This document shows, in pieces, positions 22,659 to 37,600 of a DNA stretch of 64,000 nucleotides (the first letter of the stretch is position 1; the number at the start of each line of letters is the position of its first letter). A program made the translations under genes and the position numbers. Below the pieces are notes generated by a model. It made no database searches. It worked only from the letters and a program-made list of their open reading frames with translations, and was not told where the DNA came from. The DNA comes from Hemiscyllium ocellatum (Eukaryota): NCBI RefSeq assembly GCF_020745735.1, contig NC_083435.1, positions 37,907,090-37,971,089 on the forward strand, written 5' to 3'.

Positions 22659-25600
22659 AGTGTCAATGATCACACATTACCGAGAGAGACGGGACAGTGA
22701 GGATCAGTGTCAGTGATCACACATTACCGGGAGAGAGGGGACAGTGACGATCATGTCAGTGATCACACGTTACCGAGAGAGACGTGACAGTGACGATCAG
22801 AGTCAGCGAACACACATTACCGGGAGAGAGGGGACAGCGACGATCAGTGTCAGTGATCACACATTACCGGGAGGGAGGGGACAGTGACGATCAGTGTCAG
22901 TGATCACACATTACCAGGAGAGAGGGGACAGTGACGATCCGTGTCAGCGAACACACATTACCGCGAGAGAGGGGACAGTGACGATCAGTGTCAGTGATCA
23001 CACATTACCGGCAGAGAGGGGACAGTGACGGTCAGTGTCAGTGATCACACATTAGCGGGAGTGACGGGATAGTGACGATCAGTGTCAGTGATCACACATT
23101 AACGGCAGAGAGGGGACAGTGACGGTCAGTGTCAGTGATCACACATTAGCGGGAGCGACGGGACAGTGACGGTCAGTGTCAGTGATCACACATTACCGGG
23201 AGAGAGGGGACAGTGACGATCAGTGTCAGTGATCACACATTACCGGGAGAGACGGGACAGTGACGGTCAGTGTCAGTGATCACACATTACCGGGAGAGAG
23301 GGGACAGTGACGGTCAGTGTCAGTGATCACACATTACTGGGAGAGAGGGGACAGTGACGGTCAGTGTCAGTGATCACACATTACCGGGAGAGAGGGGACA
23401 GTGACGGTCAGTGTCAGTGATCACACATTACCGGGAGGGTGGGGACAGTGACGGTCAGTGTCAGTGATCACACATTACCGGGATAGAGGGGACAGTGACG
23501 ATCAGTGTCAGTGATCACACAATACCGGGAGAGACGGGACAGTGACGGTCAGTGTCAGTGATCACACATTACCGGGAGAGAGGGGACAGTGACGGTCAGT
23601 GTCAGTGATCACACATTACTGGGAGAGAGGGGACAGTGACGGTCAGTGTCAGTGATCACACATTACCGGGAGAGAGGGGACAGTGACGGTCAGTGTCAGT
23701 GATCACACATTACCGGGAGAGAGGGGTCAGTGACGATCAGTGTCAGTGATCACACATTACCGGGAGAGAGGGGACAGTGACGATCAGTGTCAGTGATCAC
23801 ACATTACCGGGAGAGAGGGGACAGTGACGATCAGTGTCAGTGATCACACATTACCGGGAGAGAGGGGACAGTGACGGTCAGTGTCAGTGATCACACATTA
23901 CCGGGAGGGGCGGGACAGTGACGATCAGTGTCAGTGATCGCACATTACCGGGAGAGAGGGGACAGTGACGATCAGTGTCAGTGATCACACATTACCGGGA
24001 GAGAGGGGACAGTGACGGTCAGTGTCAGTGGTCACACATTACCGGGAGAGAGGGGACAGTGACGATCAGTGTCAGTGATCACACATTACCGGGAGAGACG
24101 GGACAGTGACGGTCAGTGTCAGTGATCACACATTACCGGGAGAGAGGGGACAGTGACGATCAGTGTCAGTGATCACACATTACCGGGAGAGAGGGGACAG
24201 TGTCGATCAGTGTCAGTGATCACACATTATCAGGAGAGACGGGACAGTGAGGATCAGTGTCAGTGATCACACATTACCGGGAGAGAGGGGACAGTGATGA
24301 TCAGTGTCAGTGATCGCACATTACCGGGAGAGAGGGGACAGTGACGGTCAGTGTCAGTGATCACACATTACCGGGAGAGAGGGGACAGTGACGACCCGTG
24401 TCAGTGATCACACATTACCGGGAGAGAGGGGACAGTGACGATCAGTGTCAGTGATCACACATTACCGGGAGAGAGGGGTCAGTGAGGATCAGTGTCAGTG
24501 ATCACACATTACCGGGAGAGAGGGGACAGTGACGGTCAGTGTCAGTGATCACACATTAACGGGAGAGACGGGACAGTGACGGTCAGTGTCAGTGATCACA
24601 CATTACCGGGAGAGAGGGGTCAGTGAGGATCAGTGTCAGTGATCACACATTACCGGGAGAGAGGGGACAGTGACGATCAGTGTCAGTGATCACACATTAC
24701 CGGGAGAGAGGGGTCAGTGAGGATCAGTGTCAGTGATCACACATTACAGGGAGAGACGGGACAGTGACGGTCAGTGTCAGTGATCACACATTACCGGGAG
24801 GGATGGGACAGTGAGGATCAGTGTCAGTGATCACACATTACCGGGATAGAGGCGACAGTGACAGTCAGTGTCAGTGATCACACATTACCGGGAGAGACGG
24901 GACAGTGACGGTCAGTGTCAGTGATCACACATTACCGGGAGAGAGGGGACAGTGACGGTCAGTGTCAGTGATCACACATTACCGGGAGAGAGGGGACAGT
25001 GACGATCAGTGTCAGTGATCACACATTACCGGGAGAGAGGGGACAGTGACGATCAGTGTCAGTGATCACACATTACAGGGAGAGACGGGACAGTGACGGT
25101 CAGTGTCAGTGATCACACATTACAGGGAGAGAGGGGACAGTGACGGTCAGTGTCAGTGATCACACATTACCGGGAGAGAGGGGACAGTGACGGTCAGTGT
25201 CAGTGATCACACATTACCGGGAGAGAGGGGACAGTGACGGTCAGTGTCAGTGATCACACATGACCGTGAGAGAGGACAGTGACGATCAGTGTCAGTGATC
25301 ACACATTACCGGGAGAGAGGGGACAGTGACGATCAGTGTCAGTGATCACACATTACCGGGAGAGACGGGACAGTGACGATCAGTGTCAGTAATCACACAT
25401 TACCGGGAGAGAGGGGACAGTGACGGTCAGTGTCAGTAATCACACATTACCGGGAGAGAGGGGACAGTGACGATCAGTGTCAGTGATCACACATTACCGG
25501 GAGAGAGGGGACAGTGACGGTCAGTGTCAGTGATCACACATTACCGGGAGAGAGGGGACAGTGACGGTCAGTGTCAGTGATCACACATTACCGGGAGTGA

Positions 25601-28600
25601 CGGGACAGTGACGGTCAGTGTCAGTAATAACACATTACCGGGAGTGACGGGACAGTGACGGTCAGTGTCAGTGATCACACATTACCGGGAGAGAGGGGAC
25701 AGTGACGATCAGTGTCAGTGATCACACATTACCGGGAGAGAGGGGACAGTGACGATCAGTGTCAGTGATCACACATTACCGGGAGAGACGGGACAGTGAC
25801 GATCAGTGTCAGTGATCACACATTACCGGGAGGGATGGGACAGTGACGGTCAGTGTCAGTGATCACACTTTACCGGGAGAGAGGGGACAGTGACGATCAG
25901 TGCCAGTGATCACACATTACCGGGAGAGAGGGGACAGTGACGGTCAGTGTCAGTGATCACACATTACCGGGAGAGAGGGGACAGTGACGGTCAGTGTCTG
26001 TGATCACACATTACCGGGAGTGAGGGTCAGTGACGGTCAGTGTCAGTGATCACACATTACCGGGAGAGAGGGGACAGTGACGGTCAGTGTCTGTGATCAC
26101 ACATTACCGGGAGAGAGGGGACAGTGACGATCAGTGTCAGTGATCACACATTACCGGGAGAGAGGGGACAGTGACGATCAGTGTCAGTGATCACACATTA
26201 CCGGGAGAGAGGGGACAGTGACGACCCGTGTCAGTGATCACACATTACCGGGAGAGAGGGGGCAGTGACGGTCAGTGTCAGTGATCACACATTACCGGGA
26301 GAGAGGGGACAGTGACGTTCAGTGTCAGTGATCACACATTACCGGGAGAGAGGGGTCAGTGAGGATCAGTGTCAGTGATCACACATTACCGGGAGAGAGG
26401 GGACAGTGACGTTCAGTGTCAGTGATCACACATTACCGGGAGGGATGGGACAGTGAAGATCAGTGTCAGTGATCACACATTACTGGGATAGAGGGGACAG
26501 TGACGGTCAGTGTCAGTGATCACACATTACCGGGAGAGAGGGGACAGTGACGATCAGTGTCAGTGATCACACATTATCAGGAGAGATGGGACAGTGACAA
26601 TCCGTGTCAGTGATCACACATTACCGGGAGAGAGGGGTCAGTGACGGTCAGTGTCTGTGATCACACATTACCGGGAGAGAGGGGACAGTGACGATCAGTG
26701 TCAGTGATCACACATTACCGGGAGAGAGGGGACAGTGACGATCAGTGTCAGTGATCACACATTACCGGGAGAGAGGGGACAGTGACGACCCGTGTCAGTG
26801 ATCACACATTACCGGGAGAGAGGGGGCAGTGACGGTCAGTGTCAGTGATCACACATTACCGGGATAGAGGGGACAGTGACGTTCAGTGTCAGTGATCACA
26901 CATTACCGGGAGAGAGGGGTCAGTGAGGATCAGTGTCAGTGATCACACATTACCGGGAGAGAGGGGACAGTGACGTTCAGTGTCAGTGATCACACATTAC
27001 CGGGAGGGATGGGACAGTGAGGATCAGTGTCAGTGATCACACATTACTGGGATAGAGGGGACAGTGACGGTCAGTGTCAGTGATCACACATTACCGGGAG
27101 AGAGGGGACAGTGACGATCAGTGTCAGTGATCACACATTATCAGGAGAGATGGGACAGTGACAATCCGTGTCAGTGATCACACATTACCGGGAGAGAGGG
27201 GTCAGTGACGATCAGTGTCAGTGATCACACATTACCGGGAGAGAGGGGACAGTGACGATCAGTGTCAGTGATCACACATTACCGGGAGAGAGGGGACAGT
27301 GACGATCAGTGTCAGTGACCACACATTACCGGGAGAGAGGGGACAGTGACGGTCAGTGTGTGATCACACATTACCGGGAGAGACGGGACAGTTACGATCT
27401 GTGTCAGTGGTCACACATTACCGGGAGTGACGGGACAGTGACGATCAGTGTCAGTGATCACACATTACCGGGAGAGAGGGGACAGTGACGGTCAGTGTCA
27501 GTGATCACACATTACCGGGAGAGAGGGGACAGTGACGGTCAGGGTCAGTGATCACACATTACCGGGAGAGAGGGGACAGTGACGGTCAGGGTCAGTGATC
27601 ACACATTACCGGGAGAGACGGGACAGTGACGGTCAGTGTCAGTGATCACACATTACCGGGAGCGAGGGGACAGTGACGATCAGTGTCAGTGATCACACAT
27701 TACCGGCAGAGAGGGGACAGTGACGCTCAGTGTCAGTGATCACACATTACCGGGATAGAGGGGACAGTGACAGTCAGTGTCTGTGATAACACATTACCGG
27801 GAGAGAGGGGACAGTGACGATCAGTGTCAGTGATCACACATTACCGGGAGAGAGGGGACAGTGACGGTGAGTGTCAGTGATCACACATTACCGGGAGAGA
27901 GGCGACAGTGACGGTCAGTGTCAGTGATCACACATTACCGGGAGAGAGGGGTCAGTGACGATCAGTGTCAGTGATCACACATTACCGGGAGAGACGGGAC
28001 AGTGACGGTCAGTGTCAGTGATCAGACATTACCGGGAGAGAGGGGACAGTGACGGTCAGTGTCAGTGATCACACATTACCGGGAGGGAGGGGACAGTGAC
28101 GATCAGGGTCAGTGATCACACATTACCGGGAGAGAGGGGACAGTGACGGTCAGTGTCAGTGATCACACATTACCGGGAGAGAGGGGACAGTGACGATCAG
28201 TGTCAGTGATCACACATTACCGGGAGAGAGGGGACAGTGACGATCAGTGTCAGTGATCACACATTACCGGGAGAGAGGGGACAGTGACGGTCAGGGTCAG
28301 TGATCACACATTACCGGGAGAGAGGGGACAGTGACGGTCAGGGTCAGTGATCACACATTACCGGGAGAGACGGGACAGTGACGATCCGTGTCAGTGATCA
28401 CACATTACCGGGAGAGAGGGGACAGTGACGATCAGTGTCAGTGATCACACATTACCGGGAGTGACGGGACAGTGACGGTCAGTGTCAGTGATCACACATT
28501 ACCGGGAGAGAGGGGACAGTGACGGTCAGTGTCAGTGATCACACATTACCGGGAGAGAGGGGACAGTGACGTTCAGTGTCAGTGATCACACATTACCGGG

Positions 28601-31600
28601 AGAGAGGGGACAGTTACGATCTGTGTCAGTGGTCACACATTACCGGGAGAGACGGGACAGTGACGGTCAGTGTCAGTGATCACACATTACCGGGAGAGAG
28701 GGGACAGTGACGGTCAGTGTCAGTGATCACACATTAGCGGGAGGGAGGGGACAGTGACGAACAGGGTCAGTGATCACACATTACCGGGAGAGAGGGGACA
28801 GTGACGGTCAGTGTCAGTGATCACACATTACCGGGAGGGAGGGGACAGTGACGATCAGTGTCAGTGATCACACATTACCGGGAGAGAGGGGACAGTGAGG
28901 ATCAGTGTCAGTGATCACACATTACCGGGATAGAGGGGACAGTGACGATCAGTGTCAGTGATCACACATTACCGGGAGAGAGGGGACAGTGACGGTCAGT
29001 GTCAGTGATCACACATTACCGGGAGAGAGGGGACAGTGACGGTCAGTGTCAGTGATCAGACATTACCGGGGGAGAGGGGACAGTGACGGTCAGTGTCAGT
29101 GATCAGACATTACCGGGAGAGACGGGATAATGAGGATCAGTGTCAGTGAGCACACATTACCGGGAAAAACAGTACAGTGACAGTCAGTGTCAGTGATCAC
29201 ACATTACCGGGAGAGAGGGGTCAGTGACGGTCAGTGTCAGTGATCACACATTACCGGGAGAGACGGGACAGTGACGGTCAGTGTCAGTGATCACACATTA
29301 CCGGGAGAGACGGGACAGTGACGATCCGTGTCAGTGATCACACATTACCGGGAGAGAGGGGACAGTGACGATCAGTGCCAGTGATCAAACATTACCGGGA
29401 GAGAGGGGTCAGTGATGATCTGTGTCAGTCGTCACACATTACCGGGAGAGACGGGACAGTTACGATCAGTGTCAGTCGTCACACATTACCGGGAGTGACG
29501 GGACAGTGACGATCCGTGTCAGTGATCACACATTACCGGGAGTGAGGGGACAGTGACGGTCAGTGTCAGTGATCACACATTACCGGGAGAGAGGGGACAG
29601 TGACGGTCAGTGTCAGTGATCACACATTACCGGGAGTGACGGGACAGTGACGGTCAGTGTCAGTGATCACACATTACCGGGAGAGAGGGGACAGTGACGA
29701 TCAGTGTCAGTGATCACACATTACCGGGAGAGAGGGGACAGTGACGATCAGTGTCAGTGATCACACATTACCGGGAGAGAGGGGACAGTGACGGTCAGTG
29801 TCAGTGATCACACATTACCGGGAGTGACGGGACAGTGACGGTCAGTGTCAGTGATCACACATTACCGGGAGTGAGGGGACAGTGACGATCAGTGTCAGTG
29901 ATCACACATTACCGGGAGAGAGGGGACAGTGACGGTCAGTGTCAGTGATCACACATTACCGGGAGAGAGGGGACAGTGACGATCAGTGTCAGTGATCACA
30001 CATTACCGGGAGTGACGGGACAGTGACGGTCAGTGTCAGTGATCACACATTACCGGGAGAGACGGGACAGTGACGATCAGTGTCAGTGATCACACATTAC
30101 CGGGAGAGACGGGACAGTGACGATCAGTGTCAGTGATCACACATTACCGGGAGAGAGGGGACAGTGAGGATCAGTGTCAGTGATCACATATTACCAGGAG
30201 AGACGGGACAGTGACGATCAGTGTCAGTGATCACACATTACCGGGAGAGAGGGGACAGTGAGGATCAGTGTCAGTGATCACATATTACCGGGAGAGAGGG
30301 GACAGTGACGATCAGTGTCAGTGATCACACATTACCGGGAGAGAGGGGACAGTGACGATCAGTGTCAGTGATCCCACATTACCGGGAGAGAGGGGACAGT
30401 GACGATCAGTGTCAGTGATCACACATTACCGGGAGAGAGGGGACAGTGAGGATCAGTGTCAGTGATCACACATTACCGGGAGAGAGGGGACAGTGACGGT
30501 CAGTGTCAGTGATCACACATTACCGGGAGAGACGGGACAGTGACGGTCAGTGTCAGTGATCACACATTACCGGGAGAGAGGGGACAGTGACGATCAGTGT
30601 CAGTGATCACACATTACCGGGAGGGGCGGGACAGTGACGGTCAGTGTCAGTGATCACACATTACCGGGAGAGAGGGGCCAGTGACGGTCAGTGTCAGTGA
30701 TCACACATTACCGGGAGTGACGGGACAGTGACGATCAGTGTCAGTGATCACACATTACCGGGAGAGACGGGACAGTGACGATCAGTGTCAGTGATCATAC
30801 ATTACCGGGAGAGAGGGGTCAGTGAGGATCATTGTCAGTGATCACACATTACCGGGAGAGAGGGGACAGTGACGGTCAGTGTCAGTGATCACACATTACC
30901 GGGAGTGACGGGACAGTGACGATCAGTGTCAGTGATCGCACATTACCGGGAGAGACGGGACAGTGACGGTCAGTGTCAGTGATCATACATTACCGGGAGA
31001 GAGGGGTCAGTGAGGATCATTGTCAGTGATCACACATTACCGGGAGAGACGGGACAGTGACGATCAGTGTCAGTGATCACACATTACCGGGAGGGACGGG
31101 ACAGTGACGATCAGTGTCAGTGATCGCACATTACCGGGAGAGAGGGGACAGTGACCGTCAGTGTCAGTGATCACACATTACCGGGAGAGACGGGACAGTG
31201 ACGGTCAGTGTCAGTGATCAGACATTACCGGGAGAGAGGGGACAGTGACGGTCAGTGTCAGTGATCACACATTACCGGGAGGGAGGGGACAGTGACGATC
31301 AGTGTCAGTGATCACACATTACCGGGAGAGAGGGGAAAGTGACGGTCAGTGTCAGTGATCACACATTACCGGGATAGAGGGGACAGTGACGATCCGTGTC
31401 AGTGATCACACATTACCGGGAGAGAGGGGACAGTGACGATCAGTGTCAGTGATCACACATTACCGGGAGAGAGGCGACAGTGACGGTCAGTGTCAGTGAT
31501 CACACAATACCGGGAGGGATGGGACAGTGAGGATCAGTGTCAGTGATCACACATTACCGGGATAGAGGGGACAGTGACGATCAGTGTCAGTGATCACACA

Positions 31601-34600
31601 TTACCGGGAGAGAGGGGACAGTGTCGATCAGTGTCAGTGATCACACATTATCAGGAGAGACGGGACAGTGAGGATCAGTGTCAGTGATCACACATGACCG
31701 TGAGAGAGGACAGTGACAGTCAGTGTCAGTGATCAGACATTACCGGGAGAGAGGGGACAGTGACGGTCAGTGTCAGTGATCACACATTACCGGGAGAGAG
31801 GGGACAGTGACGATCAGTGTCAGTGATCACACATTACCGGGAGAGACGGGACAGTTACGATCAGTGTCAGTCGTCACACATTACCGGGAGTGACGGGACA
31901 GTGACGGTCAGTGTCAGTGATCACACATTACCGGGAGAGACGGGACAGTGACGATCAGTGTCAGTGATCACACATTACCGGGAGAGAGGGGTCAGTGACG
32001 GTCAGTGTCAGTGATCACACATTACCGGGAGAGAGGGGACAGTGACGATCAGTGTCAGTGATCACACATTACCGGGAGTGACGGGACAGTGACGATCAGT
32101 GTCAGTGATCACACATTACCGGGAAAAACAGTACAGTGACAGTCAGTGTCAGTGATCACACATTACCGGCAGAGAGGGGTCAGTGACGGTCAGTGTCAGT
32201 GATCACACATTACCGGGAGAGACGGGACAGTGACGGTCAGTGTCAGTGATCACACATTACCGGGAGAGACGGGACAGTGACGATCCGTGTCAGTGATCAC
32301 ACATTACCGGGAGAGAGGGGACAGTGACGATCAGTGCCAGTGATCAAACATTACCGGGAGAGAGGGGTCAGTGATGATCTGTGTCAGTCGTCACACATTA
32401 CCGGGAGAGACGGGACAGTTACGATCAGTGTCAGTCGTCACACATTACCGGGAGTGACGGGACAGTGACGATCCGTGTCAGTGATCACACATTACCGGGA
32501 GTGAGGGGACAGTGACGGTCAGTGTCAGTGATCACACATTACCGGGAGAGAGGGGACAGTGACGGTCAGTGTCAGTGATCACACATTACCGGGAGTGACG
32601 GGAAAGTGACGGTCAGTGTCAGTGATCACACATTACCGGGAGTGAGGGGACAGTGACGATCAGTGTCAGTGATCACACATTACCGGGAGAGAGGGGACAG
32701 TGAGGATCAGTGTCAGTGATCACACATTACCGGGAGTGACGGGACAGTGACGGTCAGTGTCAGTGATCACACATTACCGGGAGTGAGGGGACAGTGACGA
32801 TCAGTGTCAGTGATCACACATTACCGGGAGAGAGGGGACAGTGACGGTCAGTGTCAGTGATCACACATTACCGGGAGAGAGGGGACAGTGACGGTCAGTG
32901 TCAGTGATCACACATTACCGGGAGAGAGGGGACAGTGACGATCAGTGTCAGTGATCACACATTACCGGGAGTGACGGGACAGTGACGGTCAGTGTCAGTG
33001 GTCACACATTACCGGGAGAGAGGGGACAGTGAGGATCAGTGTCAGTGATCACATATTACCGGGAGAGAGGGGACAGTGACGATCAGTGTCAGTGATCACA
33101 CATTACCGGGAGAGAGGGGACAGTGACGATCAGTGTCAGTGATCACATATTACCGGCAGCGAGGGGTCAGTGACGATCAGTGTCAGTGATCCCACATTAC
33201 CGGGAGAGAGGGGACAGTGACGATCAGTGTCAGTGATCACACATTACCGGGAGAGAGGGGACAGTGACGATCAGTGTCAGTGATCACACATTACCGGGAG
33301 GGGCGGGACAGTGACGGTCAGTGTCAGTGATCACACATTACCGGGAGAGAGGGGCCAGTGACGATCAGTGTCAGTGATCACACATTACCGGGAGTGACGG
33401 GACAGTGACGATCAGTGTCAGTGATCACACATTACCGGGAGAGACGGGACAGTGACGATCAGTGTCAGTGATCATACATTACCGGGAGAGAGGGGTCAGT
33501 GAGGATCATTGTCAGTGATCACACATTACCGGGAGAGAGGGGACAGTGACGGTCAGTGTCAGTGATCACACATTACCGGGAGTGACGGGACAGTGACGAT
33601 CAGTGTCAGTGATCGCACATTACCGGGAGAGACGGGACAGTGACGATCAGTGTCAGTGATCATACATTACCGGGAGAAAGGGGTCAGTGAGGATCATTGT
33701 CAGTGATCACACATTACCGGGAGAGACGGGACAGTGACGATCAGTGTCAGTGATCACACATTACCGGGAGGGACGGGACAGTGACGATCAGTGTCAGTGA
33801 TCGCACATTACCGGGAGAGAGGGGACAGTGACCGTCAGTGTCAGTGATCACACATTACCGGGAGAGACGGGACAGTGACGGTCAGTGTCAGTGATCAGAC
33901 ATTACCGGGAGAGAGGGGACAGTGACGGTCAGTGTCAGTGATCACACATTACCGGGAGGGAGGGGACAGTGACGATCAGTGTCAGTGATCACACATTACC
34001 GGGAGAGAGGGGACAGTGACGGTCAGTGTCAGTGATCACACATTACCTGGAGGGATGGGACAGTGAGGATCAGTGTCAGTGATCACACATTACCGGGATA
34101 GAGGGGACAGTGACGATCAGTGTCAGTGATCACACATTACCGGGAGAGAGGCGACAGTGACGGTCAGTGTCAGTGATCACACATTACCGGGAGGGATGGG
34201 ACAGTGAGGATCAGTGTCAGTGATCACACATTACCGGGATAGAGGGGACAGTGACGATCAGTGTCAGTGATCACACATTACCGGGAGAGAGGGGACAGTG
34301 TCGATCAGTGTCAGTGATCACACATTATCAGGAGAGACGGGACAGTGAGGATCAGTGTCAGTGATCACACATGACCGTGAGAGAGGACAGTGACAGTCAG
34401 TGTCAGTGATCACACATTACCGGGAGAGAGGGGACAGTGACGATCAGTGTCAGTGATCACACATTACCGGGAGAGACGGGACAGTGACGATCCGTGTCAG
34501 TGATCACACATTACCGGGAGAGAGGGGACAGTGACGATCAGTGTCAGTGATCACACATTACCGGGAGAGAGGGGACAGTGACGGTCAGTGTCAGTGATCA

Positions 34601-37600
34601 CACATTACCGGGAGAGAGGGGACAGTGACGTTCAGTGTCAGTGATCACACATTACCGGGAGAGAGGGGACAGTGACGTTCAGTGTCAGTGATCACACATT
34701 ACCGGGAGAGAGGGGACAGTGTCGATCAGTGTCAGTGATCACACATTATCAGGAGAGACGGGACAGTGAGGATCAGTGTCAGTGATCACACATTACCGGG
34801 AGAGAGGGGACAGTGACGGTCAGTGTCAGTGATCACACATTACCGGGAGAGAGGGGACAGTGACGATCAGTGTCAGTGATCACACATTACCGGGAGTGAC
34901 GGGACAGTGACGGTCAGTGTCAGTGATCACACATTACCGGGAGAGAGGGGACAGTGACGATCAGTGTCAGTGATCACCCATTACCGGGAGAGAGGGGACA
35001 GTGACGGTCAGTGTCAGTCGTCACACATTACCGGGAGAGAGGGGACAGTGAGGATCAGTGTCAGTGATCACACATTACCGGGAGAGACGGGACAGTGACG
35101 GTCAGTGTCAGTGATCACACATTACCGGGAGAGAGGGGACAGTGACGATCAGTGTCAGTGATCACACATTACCGGGAGTGACGGGACAGTGACGGTCAGT
35201 GTCAGTGATCAGACATTACCGGCAGCGAGGGGTCAGTGACGATCAGTGTCAGTGATCACACATTACCGGGAGAGAGGGGACAGTGACGATCAGTGTCAGT
35301 GATCACACATTACCGGGAGAGACGGGACAGTGACGGTCAGTGTCAGTGATCACACATTACCGGGAGAGAGGGGACAGTGACGGTCAGTGTCAGTGATCAC
35401 ACATTACCGGGAGAGAGGGGACAGTGACGGTCAGTGTCAGTGATCACACATTACCGGGAGAGAGGGGACAGTGAGGATCAGTGTCAGTGATCACACATTA
35501 CCGGGAGTGACGGGACAGTGACGGTCAGTGTCAGTGATCACACATTACCGGGAGTGACGGGACAGTGACGGTCAGTGTCAGTGATCACACATTACCGGGA
35601 GAGAGGGGACAGTGAGGATCAGTGTCAGTGATCACCCATTACCGGGAGAGAGGGGACAGTGACGGTCAGTGTCGGTGATCACACATTACCGGGAGAGACG
35701 GGACAGTGACGATCAGTGTCAGTGATCATACATTACCGGGAGAGAGGGGTCAGTGAGGATCAGTGTCAGTGATCACACATTTCCGGGAGAGAGGGGTCAG
35801 TGACGGTCAGTGTCAGTGATCACGCATTTCCGGGAGAGAGGGGTCAGTGACGGTCAGTGTCAGTGATCACACATTACCGGGAGAGAGGGGACAGTGACGA
35901 TCAGTGCCAGTGATCACACATTACCGGGAGAGACGGGACAGTGACGGTCAGGGTCAGTGATCACACATTACCGGGAGAGAGGGGACAGTGACGATCAGGG
36001 TCAGTGATCACACATTACCGGGAGAGAGGGGACAGTGACGATCAGGGTCAGTGATCACACATTACAGGGAGAGACGGGACAGTGACAATCCGTGTCAGTG
36101 ATCACACATTACCGGGAGAGAGGGGACAGTGACGATCAGTGTCAGTGATCACACATTACCGGGAGAGAGGGGACAGTGACGATCAGTGTCAGTGATCACA
36201 CATTACCGGGAGTGACGGGACAGTGACGGTCAGTGTCAGTGATCACACATTACCGGGAGAGAGGGGACAGTGACGATCAGTGTCAGTGATCACACATTAC
36301 CGGGAGAGAGGGGACAGTGACGGTCAGTGTCAGTGATCACACATTACCGGGAGAGAGGGGACAGTGACGATCAGTGTCAGTGATCACACATTACCGGGAG
36401 AGAGGGGACAGTGACGATCAGTGTCAGTGATCACACATTACCGGGAGTGAGGGGACAGTGACGATCAGTGTCAGTGATCACACATTACCGGGAGAGAGGG
36501 GACAGTGACGGTCAGTGTCAGTGATCACACATTACCGGGAGTGAGGGGACAGTGACGATCAGTGTCAGTGATCACACATTACCGGGAGAGACGGGACAGT
36601 GACGGTCAGTGTCAGTGATCACACATTAACGGGAGAGACGGGACAGTGACGGTCAGTGTCAGTGATCACACATTACCGGGAGAGAGGGGACAGTGACGAT
36701 CAGTGTCAGTGATCACACATTACCGGGAGGGAGGGGACAGTGACAGTCAGTGTCAGTGATCATACATTACCGGGAGAGAGGGGACAGTGACGATCAGTGT
36801 CAGTGATCACACATTACCGGGAGAGACGGGACAGTGACGGTCAGTGTCAGTGATCACATATTACCGGGAGAGAGGGGACAGTGACGATCAGTGTCAGTGA
36901 TCACACATTACCGGGAGGGAGGGGACAGTGACGATCAGTGTCAGTGATCACACATTACCGGGAGAGAGGGGACAGTGACGATCAGTGTCAGTGATCACAC
37001 ATTATCAGGAGAGAGGGGACAGTGACGATCAGTGTCAGTGATCACACATTACCGGGAGAGACGGGACAGTGACGGTCAGTGTCAGTGATCAGACATTACC
37101 GGGAGAGAGGGGACAGTGACGATCAGTGTCAGTGATCACACATTACCGGGAGAGAGGGGACAGTGACGGTCAGTGTCAGTGATCACACGTTACCGGGAGA
37201 GAGGGGACAGTGACGGTCAGTGTCAGTGATCACACATTACCGGGAGAGACGGGACAGTGACGGTCAGTGTCAGTGATCACACATTACCGGGAGGGAGGGG
37301 ACAGTGACGGTCAGTGTCAGTGATCACACATTACCGGGAGAGACGGGACAGTGACGATCAGTGTCAGTGATCACACATTACCGGGAGAGAGGGGACAGTG
37401 ACGATCAGTGTCAGTGATCACACATTACCAGGAGTGACGGGACAGTGACGGTCAGTGTCAGTGATCACACATTACCGGGAGAGACGGGACAGTGACGATC
37501 CGTGTCGGTGATCACACATTACCGGGAGAGATGGGACAGTGACGGTCAGTGTCAGTGATCACACATTACCGGGAGAGAGGGGACAGTGACGGTCAGTGTC

